The position numbers were made by a program, and so were the translations under genes. A stretch of 64,000 nt of DNA from Ranitomeya imitator (Eukaryota): NCBI RefSeq assembly GCF_032444005.1, contig NC_091283.1:297352001-297416000 (forward strand), written 5' to 3'. Below, piece after piece: positions 23,097 to 36,125 of this stretch. The notes beneath the pieces were generated by a model. That model was not told where the DNA came from, searched no databases, and saw only the letters and a program-made list of their open reading frames with translations. How positions within the stretch are numbered: the first letter of the stretch is position 1; each line of letters starts with the position of its first letter.

Positions 23097-23611
23097 AGGG
23101 AATCTGTTACCAGGTTTGGCCAATGAGATACGGCCTTCACCTTTCTGGGCTTATCTACAGCATTCTATAATGCTGTATATCTGCCCCAACCCGTCCGGTA
23201 AGAGAAGAAAAATAACTTTTATTATACTCACCTGCGGGGCGGTCTGGTCCGAGGTTTGTCACTCTTCTTGGTCCAGCGCTTCCCATCTTCTTATGATCCT
23301 CCTGCTTGTTCATGTAGATGATGCGTCATTGCATCATCCACACAGGCTCCTCGGCATCACGCTCCTGCGCAGGTGTACTTATCTGCCCTGTGGAGGGCAG
23401 AGGAAAGTACTGCAGTGCGCAGGTGCCGGGGCTCTTTGACCTGCGACATCCCTCGGACTGGACTGTCATACAGGTGATTATAATAAAAGGTTTTTTTCTA
23501 CTCTTACAGGTCGGCTTGGGGGGAGATATACAGCATTATAGATTGCTGTATATCAGCCCTGAAAGGTGATGGCCATAACTTATATAGGCCAAAGCTGGTG
23601 ACAGGTTCCCT
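23097..23611. mobile_element. T2/Kolobok-type MITE, complete
   Basis: TTAA|AGGGAATCTGTTACC ... GGTGACAGGTTCCCT|TTAA. Confidence 0.92.
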
Positions 23612-24186
23612 TTAAGGGCTGCATTATACTATAGAGTCTGCCTATGGGGAGTATATTATACTATATATAATCTGCCTATGGAAAGTGTGTTATACTGTAT
23701 AGAGTCTTCCTAATGGGGAGCTGCATTATACAATAGAGTCTGCCTATGGGGAGTGCATTATAGTATATGGAGGCCTATGGGGAGTACATTATACTATATT
23801 GAGGATTGTCTGGTGCATTATACTATATGGAGGCTATCTAGATTGCCATCATACAGTGTGGAGATTACACTGTTGGAGCTATCAAACCATTTGGGGGCTT
23901 CTAAGGAGTCAGTATATATACAGTGAGGTGGCATTATACTGTGTATAAGAGCATCATACTGTGTATAAAGGAGCTGTACAAGGGGAAGACTAGGAACATT
24001 ATAAAATGTAAAGTGGACACTTATTGTTATAGGGGAACTCAGGTTACTGTGACTGTCAAAGGGGCACACAGGGGGACTTATTACATTCTAGGGGGCAAAA
24101 TATGGGCACTGTTTTCTAGGGCACTTGCGCCTGGCATTACTATATTCTAGAGGGGTGCTTTAGAATTTAGAGGGCACAGAGAACCA

Positions 24187-25335
24187 CACAGCAGGTGCAG
24201 TAATAGGGTCACATACGGCAGCAGCTCAGTATTGGGGTATCAGGGGGAGTAATATAGACACATACGGCAGCAGCGGCTCAGTATTGGGATATAAGGTGTA
24301 GTAATAGGGACACATACGGCAGCAGAGGCTCAGTATTGGGGTATCAGGTGCAGTAATAGGGACACATACGGCAGCAGTGGCTCCATATTAGGGTATCAGG
24401 GGCAGTAATAGGGACACATACGACAGCAGCAGCTCAGTATTGGGATATAAGGTGTAGTAATAGGGACACATACGGCAGCAGCGGCTCAGTATTGGGATAT
24501 AAGGTGTAGTAATAGGGACACATACGGCAGCAGAGGCTCAGTATTGGGGTATCAGGTGCAGTAATAGGGACACATACGGCAGCAGTGGCTCAGTATTAGG
24601 GTATCAGGGGCAGTAATAGGGACACATACGACAGCAGCAGCTCAGTATTGGGATATCAGGTGCACTAATAGGGACACATACAGCAGCAGCGGCTCAGTAT
24701 TGGGATATAAGGTGTAGTAATAGGGACACATACGGCAGCAGAGGCTCAGTATTGGGGTATCAGGTGCAGTAATAGGGACACATACGGCAGCAGTGGCTCC
24801 ATATTAGGGTATCAGGGGCAGTAATAGGGACACATACGACAGCAGCAGCTCAGTATTGGGATATCAGGTGCACTAATAGGGACACATACAGCAGCAGCGG
24901 CTCAGTATTGGGGTATCAGGTGCAGTAATAGGGTCACATACGGCAGCAGTGGCTCAGTATTGGAGTATCAGGTGCAGTAATAGGGACACATACGGCAGCA
25001 GAGGCTCAGTATTGAGGTATCAGGTGCAGTAATAGGGTCACATACGGCAGCAGCGGCTCAGTATTGGGGTATCAGGTGCAGTAATAGGGTCACATACGGC
25101 AGCAGCGGCTCAGTATTGGGGTATCAGGTGCAGTAATAGGGACACATACGGCAGCAGCGGCTCAGTATTGGGGTATCAGGTGCAGTAATAGGGACACATA
25201 CGGCAGCAGCGGCTCAGTATTGGGGTATCAGGTGCAGTAATAGGGACACATACGGCAGCAGCGGCTCAGTATTGGGGTATCAGGTGCAGTAATAGGGACA
25301 CATATGGCAGCAGCGGCTCAGCATTGGGGTATCAG
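24187..25335. repeat. 52-bp minisatellite, ~22 copies
   Basis: Unit GTAATAGGGACACATACGGCAGCAGCGGCTCAGTATTGGGGTATCAGGTGCA (period 52: 25081 to 25133). Confidence 0.95.
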
Positions 25336-25863
25336 CAGGATGAGGAGTTTGTGCAGGTTAGGAATAGATGGTGATGGGGCTGGAATGTGAGAAGTGAAAT
25401 GTGTCTTTGTTGTATTCTCTGCAGACGAGTCCTGGCTGGAAGAAGTTGTCATGTCGGTCTGGGCCAGATGGAAAAGACAAGAAATGTGAACGATTCCATC
25501 AGAAAGAACGTCAGTGGTAAGTCATTATCTGTAACTGTGCAGTGATCTCTTATATGTTCTGTAGGGCTGGTATCTACCACTGACCATATGGCGGTAATAT
25601 CCATGTTGGTCGTTATATAGAGATTATCTTCAGTAACAGCGCGGTCATCTGCTGAGGTTCTCCTCCACTATTAGGCCGCGTCACCGAGTTGTAATGAAAG
25701 TAACCTAGTTAGGAGCCACTCAGAAGTTTCGCCCCCCTGAGCCAAAACCCTAGCTACGCCCCTGCGTTACATCACTGTTCACACCACACAGAGATCCCAA
25801 AAGAGTCTCAGTGCTGAAGGGGTTAATGTCCCACCTCAGTAATGGGGAATCTCCAGCACCTAC

Positions 25864-25990
25864 CTCCACCCGCAGGGCCGCACTCCACCTATATGGCTGC
25901 TTTGTGCACACAGGACCTGTGATGAGGTCACAGGAGGGGAGGAGTCAGGGGTCACATGATCAGGGCCCTCAGTGTATGCAGCACTCTGCT
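25864..25990 (-). promoter_or_regulatory. Putative non-coding exon 1/core promoter of the zinc-finger gene
   Basis: Strong donor GGTGGAG|GTAGGT at 25864 and E-box GTCACATGAT at 25951-25960. The block is conserved in the paralogous copy at 53022-53140. Inferred; no transcript evidence. Confidence 0.5.
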
Positions 25991-26589
25991 GTGCTGACAA
26001 GTATTCAGCTCGTCTGCTGGTGCTACTCCTTTAAGAACAGGTAACGTTGCTAGAAGTAGAACAATTCCCCCCTTTAAGTGATTGGATCCCCCCAGATCTT
26101 TCATAGACCTTAGTGATATTACAGACGGGAGATTCCAAGAGCGATAGATTCAGGGGTAATCCTAGTGCTGACTGAGCCGTGCGCCTCCATCTAAGAGAGC
26201 GGCCACAACCCCAGACGATGCAGCGGCCGGAGCAATGTTATTGATTGGGGGAATTTCTGAGCGCAGCAAATTAATAAGAATGTTTTACCGGAACCTCCTG
26301 GGGCAACAAGGAAAACCGTCTCCTATTCCCACCTGGAATCTGAGCCATAATTGCCAAATCCCCCGATCTGTGGTCATCAACCAGAAGAGGCTTATTTACT
26401 GGGACAATTCCTCTCATCTTTCCCAAATCCTGGCTTTTCTCTCCCAGAATATCTCCCCCCATAACACAGAGGCTGGTGGAGCTGGTGGCGGTGACCTGAT
26501 GCTATTAGAGGGTCACTACTGATACATCGGCTCCTTTCTTCTAGAGTCAGGAGGACTGTGGTGAATCTGTCGGCAGTGACATTGATGTC

Positions 26590-27450
26590 TAAGTCCGGAT
26601 TACCTCTCCTGTGCTCTCTATGAAGATCTTCTCTAGGATATTCTGTGTATTTGTCCCACAGAGCCGGGGATTGGAAGGTGCACAGGTTGTAGTTATTATA
26701 GGGAGCAGGTTAGAAAGCGAGTGAGGGACGCCTCCTGCAATGTCAGGTCCCAGTGTGGACCATCCTCCATCAGACCACGCTTTTGGCATGGCCTCCCTGT
26801 AAGTGTTTGTTGGTTCAGTCGTATGTACAGAAGACGCTCGCTTTCCCCCTTGGCATACAGATCTACTATACATTGATGAAGAAGTTGCCTCCATTGTTGT
26901 CTGATCATTATTTGGTGTGCATAGTTGATATGTTTTATTGGTTGGTTTATTGGTCGGCCTCGCAGTGTCGGGATCAGTCTGTTAGATTATAGTGATCGCC
27001 ATCTTGGCCATTCCACAATATTATAGGATATTGCAGAGCATCATATGATCTATGTGATTCTGTAATACGCTGAAGATTTTCACTTCATCGCTGAATAATT
27101 ATATCTCGGCTTAGAAAGTCCCGTCCAACCATTACAATAGCTACTACATTAACATCGGGAGAAGTAATTCTCCTTTTGTGCCACCAACCGGTGTCTTGTC
27201 TGCTCTTATTACTCCCTGATATTCCGCACTTGGCATTCTTTCTAAGGTTGTATTATAAAGGTTTACTAACTGATTGTGTTGATGGAAAACTCTTTGCAAA
27301 TTCAAAGCAATGTCTTTTTGTCTCAGGTAAAACTTCACAAAGTCGATCAGCTTGTATCTGTTCATCTGCCAAACAGTAAATTTTAAAAATGTTGGGTCTT
27401 GATTTGCTACAGAAAGCATCAGACCTATTTGTGATATATTTGTCCGTGGA
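26590..27450 (-). pseudogene. Helitron Rep/helicase remnant
   Basis: Fragments QLLHQCIVDLYAKGESERLLYIRLNQQTL and LNLQRVFHQHNQLVNLYNTTLERMPSAEYQGVIRADKTPVG resemble RepHel N-terminal motifs; frameshifted and internally deleted. Confidence 0.75.
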
Positions 27451-27456
27451 CTGTAA

Positions 27457-27897
27457 GGGTAAGTTCACACAGGGCGTTTTTGCTGCTTTTTTTTCTGCAG
27501 CAAAACCTGATCTTCTTGGCAGGAAAGAAGCTGCCTCAAAAATACAGGTTTAGGTGCGTTTTTTGTGTGTTTTCTTGGTGTTTTTTTTTCTCTTTGTCCA
27601 TGATAATGTCCTTGAATTTTCAGCATCAAAAACACAGCAAATAATGATACCTGTGCTTTTGCTGCGTTTTTTTCAACAACCATTCAAGTCAATGGGTAAA
27701 AAATGCGGCAAAAATGCTGAAAGAAGTGACAGGATCTATGTCCAAAAAACACAGCAAAGCACAAAATACTGATCACACAAACAAACCAATGAGTGTGCAT
27801 GAGATTTCTGAAATCTCATAGGCTTTGCTGATACTGTAAAAAGCAGCTGAAAATTAGCATAAAAAATGCAGCACAAACGCCCTGTGTGAACTTTCCC
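27457..27897. mobile_element. PIF/Harbinger-type MITE
   Basis: TAA|GGGTAAGTTCACACAGGGCG ... CGCCCTGTGTGAACTTTCCC|TAA. Confidence 0.9.
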
Positions 27898-28938
27898 TAA
27901 AAAAACACCATAAATGCAGCTTCTTTGAGTCCAGCTGTCATACCAAAGGATGTCACCTGGAAAGATGGATTGTATCTCCTAATAATTTGCAGTAAATGCT
28001 TAGAGCTATTCCTGATATGTATGAAAAATGTGGTTTGGGAGGCGTGGCTTCGGTGTCAATGGAGAGACACACTTGAAGAGGGAGCTCCAGGGAAAAATCT
28101 CATAAAGCAGCAATTAACGCATTTTAAAGGAGGCTTCTGGCCACTTAACCACTCAATTTCAATCCCTCATGCTATAGGGAGTATTCCCAGCTAAAAATTA
28201 GCCGTCTAAACTGTGTTTCAGGCTGTAACCTAGCAACTGCCTGACAGGGCCTGTGAGACCTTCCAAGCCTGAGAGGCCTTACATCCCGGATAAGGGGCTT
28301 ATTTCTTTGCCCACTCACGCTCCCTGCGAACTCGGACCCCAATAAAGATCCCTCAGGGAGTCCCCACCTGGCTGATTCCAGAGAGCAGGAGACCCACGGC
28401 GAACAGCGCCGCGGAAGAAACGCCGAGACTAAGCGGCTGATAACAGAGAGCGGGGACTACAGAGCTACGGCACCTCCTCAGATGCAGGAATCACCTCAGC
28501 TCCCCTGGCACCAGTATCACCCGAACGGCAGGCTCCGGTCCCTTGCGCCGGAGGACTAGCGGTCACCGGAGCCGCTGAAGCACCGCCAGAGGTTCATCCT
28601 GTCTCCATCCTGTCTTCCGACGCAGGTCTTCGTCTTCTAGTGGAGATCCCTGGAGATAAACCGCAAGGTCAGTCACACATAACTACATAGATAAATTGAG
28701 GCCCGAAAATAAGAAAAATAGTCCCCTAAAAATAGGTTTAAAGCACTGTAAGAAGACCTACAAAGGGTGGATAATTTTAAGAGAGTCTTCCCCTCATCGG
28801 CCCTACAAAAAACAACTCCAGGAGCGGAGTATAAGTGCAATTTTATTAAATTATTGTCCCACACAATACAAGTCTATGGGAAGTAGTTCCGTCCGCTTTT
28901 CTCAAACACCGGGAACAGGCGGACAACCCCAAGACCTA

Positions 28939-30521
<1,583 letters not shown>

Positions 30522-30554
30522 TAAATCCTCCGCCAGTGCTCTCTAACCAAGACC

Positions 30555-31524
30555 ATGTACAATTCGAGATCTAAGGGGAAGGCTAACCCCGCTACCCCAA
30601 TTAAGTCACAATATGGACTAAAACTGGACAAACCTTTAGGCCGCAGAGAACAAGAGAAGAACAGGGCTAACGCAATTTCCTCTCCTAGGCGTAGGTCAAG
30701 ATCTCCACGGAGAGATACGCCTCGTTTACTTGAATACGGGTCCAATACTAAACCCTTTGGCAGTAATTCCTCTCCTATTAAAATGGATTCTTCAGACCAA
30801 GATGACCTAGTAAACAGGATAATGAACAGAATGGATGAAAAGCTAGAGTCTCTTGCAAAGAAAATGAAAACAGAAATGGACTCCAACTTCCAAAAATATT
30901 GTGACAAGATCGACAAACAATTGTCAAAACATGAGGAGAGGTTAAATAAGCTCGAACATAGATCATCAATTTCTTTTGACGAATTAGACCGGCTCACCCT
31001 AGAGATGAAACGCCTACGCTCCAAAATGGCAGATTTTGAAGACAGAAGCCGATGAAACAATCTAAAAATAAGGGGCATTTCCGAAGATGTGACTCAGTAA
31101 CAGCTGTCGAATCACGTCAAGGTTATCTTTAAATCAGCCTTGCCTGACCTTTCAGAGCTGGATCTGACGATTGACAGAGCCCATCGGTTGCCTAAACCTC
31201 CTAAGGTTTCTGCAGACCTGCCAAGAGATACTATCCTCAAACTACATTTTTTTCAAAACCAAAGAGATGATACTCGACTACCTAAAAGACAAGAAGACCT
31301 TTCCAGAGCCATACAAGGAATTAAAGGTTTTCCCCGACTTTTCAAAAGAAACCTTGGAAGGCCGAAGGGAATTCAGGCCCGTTACTACAGCTCTTCGTGA
31401 TAAAGGAATTAACTACAAATGGGGCTTTCCGTTGAAACTGTTAATTTCATACCGGGGAAGAACCATACCAATCTTCACCATTGAAGATGGACTGAACTTC
31501 GTTAGATTGCTGAGTAGAGAATAA
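30555..31524 (+). pseudogene. L1 ORF1p (coiled coil + RRM/CTD), disrupted
   Basis: Coiled-coil region, then EDRSR*NNLKIRGI, IDRAHR, FPDFS and YKWGFP motifs; stops and a frameshift. Confidence 0.88.
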
Positions 31525-34500
31525 CCAGAAGATGGTTGAAAGGAAACATATTCTCAGCCATCCCTTAGTGGCAGGGGCCTTCGTCCCAATCGCTATTGAG
31601 ATTTTTCCCTTATTCCCGTCCACTCTTAATATCCCCATTCTTCTTTTTCAGGTAGTTCTGAGGACCTACTTGTGTAGACTTGGTGGATAGTCACTGTTGA
31701 TTATTGCGTTTAGTGCAATTTTATCTTTCAGGTCTTAACTAAAGGTTCGCCGAGACTGCGGATCGTTAAAAGAAAGTTCTACTACGGTGCATAAGTTGTT
31801 GCTATATTTTGTTCTTCAGTGTAATTTTCTTTTTCAGATTTTAGAAATCCTAAGGTTTAAAGTGCCACTCTCTAATACAGCAAAGCGGTTAAAATGACCA
31901 TAAAGATTCTTTCCTACAACAGGGCTGAACAGTCCCCAATAGAGGCACACTCTATGGAGAGAGTTACTCAAATCCCAGGCGGACATCGCCTGTATTCAGG
32001 AGACTACGTTTTTGACAGGAAACCACCCCTACTTTAAATATCGCAGCTTTCCTCACATTTTTGAAGCTTGCAATTCCAGTAAAAGAGCTGGGGTGATTAC
32101 CTTGGTCAAAAATACCGTCCCCTTTGAGGTCCTTGGGGAGTTTGGTGATGCCAAAGGCAGATACCATATTCTGATCTGTGTCATCCATGGTCAAACATGT
32201 ACTCTGGTGAATGTGTATGCACCAAATAGAAATCAGGTTAGATTCCTGACAAAATTGTTAAAGAGAGTTACTGAGGTAAAAAAAGGGACTCTCATACTTT
32301 TGGGAGATTTCAACATCACACCTGACAGGACCGTGGACTCTTCCTCGGACTCTAGACCAGCCTCAAATAACCTGAATTGGTGGCTGGATAGAAATGAACT
32401 TTATGATACTTTTAGATGTCTGAATTCCTTATCTAAGGAATTCACTCATTTCTCTACAGCCCACCAATCGGCTTCCAGGATAGACTTGATCCTAACAGAC
32501 ATTTACTCTCTTGAGAAGTTCAAGAAGGTTCACATTGGAGATAAAACGATATCCGATCATTCCCCAGTTATTGGCGAGATTCTTTTTGGTCTGTCACTAA
32601 AAAACATAAGGATGTGGAAATGCAACTCCACTATTACCCATGACCCCATTCATATGGCTACAATTCAAAAAGCTATTGATAACTATTTTATCGAAAATAT
32701 CCCAGAATCCACCAATCCATCCGTTAACAGTGTGCCCACAAGGCCGTTATCAGGGGCATCATAATGAGTATATCTTCCAAAATCAAAAAAGAAAACAGGG
32801 AAAAAATACGCAAATTGCAAAAATCTATACGTGAGTTGGAAAAGACTCTACTAGGCCTTTCTTCTCCCTCCCCTAATAAACAGTCTGATTTAACATGTTT
32901 AAGGCAAGAACTAAGATCCTCGCTTTACTCACCATATGAAGCAGCTCTTAATTCCTCAAAATACAAGTTCTATTCATCATTAAATAAACCTACCCGATAT
33001 ATGGCAAACAGGATCAAAAAACTAAGAACTCAAAGCAAAATTAATAGAATCTCTTCTATGGAGGGCAATGTCACGTTATCCCTCCCTCAAGACATAGCCA
33101 ATGAATTCTCCAAATATTATACTAAACTATACAACCTAAACTTAGATCCATCTTCACCTCCCCCAAACGAAATCGACATCAAGACATATCTTGCAAACAT
33201 TGAGCTGCCATCCCTAACTAATGACGACTTAGACTCACTGTCAGCACCTTTTTCCACCCAAGAGGTTGAAGATACTATCAATCACCTCGACCTTTATAAG
33301 TCACCTGGGCCAGACGGCTACAATAGCGCCTACTATAAAGCCTTTGGAAAAAGTTTATCTTTGCATCTCGTGAAGCTTTTCAACTATGCTTCAACGACAG
33401 GATCTTTCCCACCAGAGATGTTGGAGGCCTCTATCATACTAATTCCAAAACAATCAGGAGATCCAATGTCTCCAAGTAGCTACAGACCAATATCCCTTTT
33501 AAACACAGATATAAAAATATTTTCAAAAATCCTGGCCAATAGGCTGAGTTACATTTTACCCAACTTAATAGCCAATGACCAAATGGAATTCGTTAAGGGC
33601 AGACAACCAGCCGACGCTACAAGGAGAATACTAGACTCCATCAAACTCACCCACTCAACCAGGACCCTAATAGTTTTTATATCACTAGACGCTGAGAAGG
33701 CATTCGACCGTATTGATTGGTGCTTTCTCAGACAGGCTTTAATCAAATTTGGATTTAACAATAAAGATTATTATTATTAACAGTAAACTCATTACCACAT
33801 TTATGACATTATACAAAAGCCCTACAGCTAGAATCACCTGCAATAACCATGTTTCGGATGCATTTGTCATTAACAACGGTACGAGACAGGGATGTCCCCT
33901 TTCACCATTACTCTTTAACTTAGCATTGGAACCTTTAGTGGAACACATAAGACAAAAACCCCAAATAACTGGTCTACGCACTAATAGACGCCAGCATAAG
34001 CTTAGTTTATTCGCAGATGACATAATTCTGACCCTCACGAATCCTGTAGCTTCTACTTTGGAGACCCTCAACGAGTTAGAGATATTTGCAGTCCTTTCAA
34101 ATTTAAAAATTAATAATTCAAAATCCAACATCTTGCCCATTCAGGTTAACCCAGAAGAAATTCGTTGTTTAAAAACTTCTACTTCATTTAATTGGTGTAG
34201 AGAGGAATTTCCATTCCTAGGCGTTATAATCAACAAAAACTTAGATAAGACCGCCATATCACACATGAAAAAACTGACTGACTTTATTCTTAAAGATAGT
34301 ATCATTTTCAGAGATAGAAACTTGACCTGGTGGGGGAGAAACTTGGCGACTAAACTATTTACACTTCCCAAAATCTTATATATGCTTAGGTGTATCCCAC
34401 TTCCCATCTCCACGGCTTACCTGATGGCCATTCAATCTCAATTGAATAACGTTGTCTGGAATAATAAAAAACCCAGAACTGATACTAGATCATTGTTCAA

Positions 34501-34650
34501 AATGAAAACCCATGGAGGAATAAGCCTTCCTAATATTCATGCCCACTATTGTACGCTATTACTCAAACAGAGTACATCTTGGTTTTCAGACCAGAATGCT
34601 CCCACATGGTACGATATGGAGATAGAAATTAATAAAGGCAAACACCCTAA

Positions 34651-35042
34651 AGGTACCGTCACACTCAGCAACTTTGCAACGAGAACGACAACGATCCGTG
34701 ATGTTGCAGCGTCCTGGATAGCGATCTCATTGTGTTTGACACGCAGCAGCGATCTGGATCCTGCTGTGCCATCACTGGTCGGAGCTAGAAGTCCAGAACT
34801 TTATTTCGTCATCAGGTTGGCGTGTATCGTCATGTTTGACATCAAAAGCAACGATGCCAGCAATGTTTTACATGGAGCTAACAATTAGCGAGAACGATAA
34901 GTGAGTCGCCGTTACGTCACTGGATCGCTCCTGCATCGTTCTGGAGTTGCTGTGTTTGACGTCTCTACAGCGACCTAAACAGCGACACTCCAGTGATCGG
35001 CTCGTCTATATCACTGCAGTGTCGCTGAGTTTGACGGTACCC
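34651..35042. mobile_element. PIF/Harbinger-type MITE in L1 ORF2
   Basis: TAA|AGGTACCGTCACACTCAGC ... GCTGAGTTTGACGGTACCC|TAA. Confidence 0.9.
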
Positions 35043-36125
35043 TAAATCTCTGGTTTTTAAAGCTATATCTAGTCTGACACCAAACACTTCATCGCACCCA
35101 ATATTCAAAGCAATCTCCTTGGCTTGGTCCAGGATCTCCAGAAATTGTCTACGCTACATAAACTGCCTCTAACTTTTATCTACTCATCTTTAGACCAAAC
35201 TATACCCTCCCATTGGGCGGATTTTAAAATTCACACACTGGGCGATATTTCAGATGGACCCAATCACCTGAATTTCAGCACTCTAAAAAACAAATTCAAG
35301 GTACCATCATCTTCCTTCCATGATTACATGTCATTGAAGGAACATGTTAAGTTGTTTCTAGACATCAAACTGAGATTCTCAGAGGCATCTCTAAAAATAT
35401 TGGTCAATCCAAATCACCGAATTTTCTGGAGTCACAAGTTTGTCTACGATAGCTTTAACAAAGACACGTCTTTTGTCAAAAGCGCTTTCATGCTAACTTG
35501 GGAGAAATCCCTCAATCACACCGCTTCTACAGACGACTGGGAAGAGGCGCTCTCGACGTCTTACCATTCCACAATATCTATGTCTTTTCTGGAGTCGCAT
35601 TCCAAGGTGTGCTCCAGATGGTACTATACACCATCTAGGTTGGCACACATAAACACTTCTAATTCTCCACTTTGTTGGAGAGAATGTGGCCACGTAGGAG
35701 ATTTATTGCACATTTTCTGGAATTGTCCCATTGTTGTTGCTTTTTGGTCCGAAATCTCTTCAATAATCATTAAACTTTTAGGTTCCACATTTACCCTCAC
35801 ACCCCAATTAGCTTTACTTTCTTTAGATAATAAACTCCTAGATAGTTCTCTGCAACATATTATCTTACACATATGTATGGTCGCCAAGAATTCCATTGCC
35901 TACCATTGGAAAAGCCGCACTCTACCCAGCTCTGGCACCATTATCAAATTTATGACACAGCACAGAGCACTTGAGCTTCAGTTCGCTCTGTCCAATAATG
36001 GATTTAACATAGTAACATAGTAACATAGTAACATAGTTAGTAAGGCCGAAAAAAGACATTTGTCCATCCAGTTCAGCCTATATTCCATCATAATAAATCC
36101 CCAGATCTACGTCCTTCTACAGAAC

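Larger units (their letters stand above)
21235..23830. repeat. 48-bp minisatellite array (interrupted by a solo LTR and a T2 MITE)
   Basis: Unit GGGGGTGCATTATATTAGGGGCTGAATTATGCTATAGAGGCTGCCTAT (period 48: 22561 to 22609). Confidence 0.92.
20778..25764. mobile_element. Composite hAT-like non-autonomous element(s) carrying internal minisatellites
   Basis: Termini CAGTAGTGTAGCTAC and CTAGCTACGCCCCTG are only partly complementary and no matching 8-bp TSD is seen, so this may be two elements. Confidence 0.4.

Noticed and set aside
24187-25335. Regular 52-bp array as a possible CRISPR or tRNA cluster
   Set aside because: Whole units are near-identical with no spacers and no tRNA cloverleaf; it is a minisatellite.
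20778-25764. Single hAT element with 8-bp TSD
   Set aside because: The flanks (CTGTTATG vs CGTTACAT) do not match and the TIRs are only partly complementary; kept only as a low-confidence composite.
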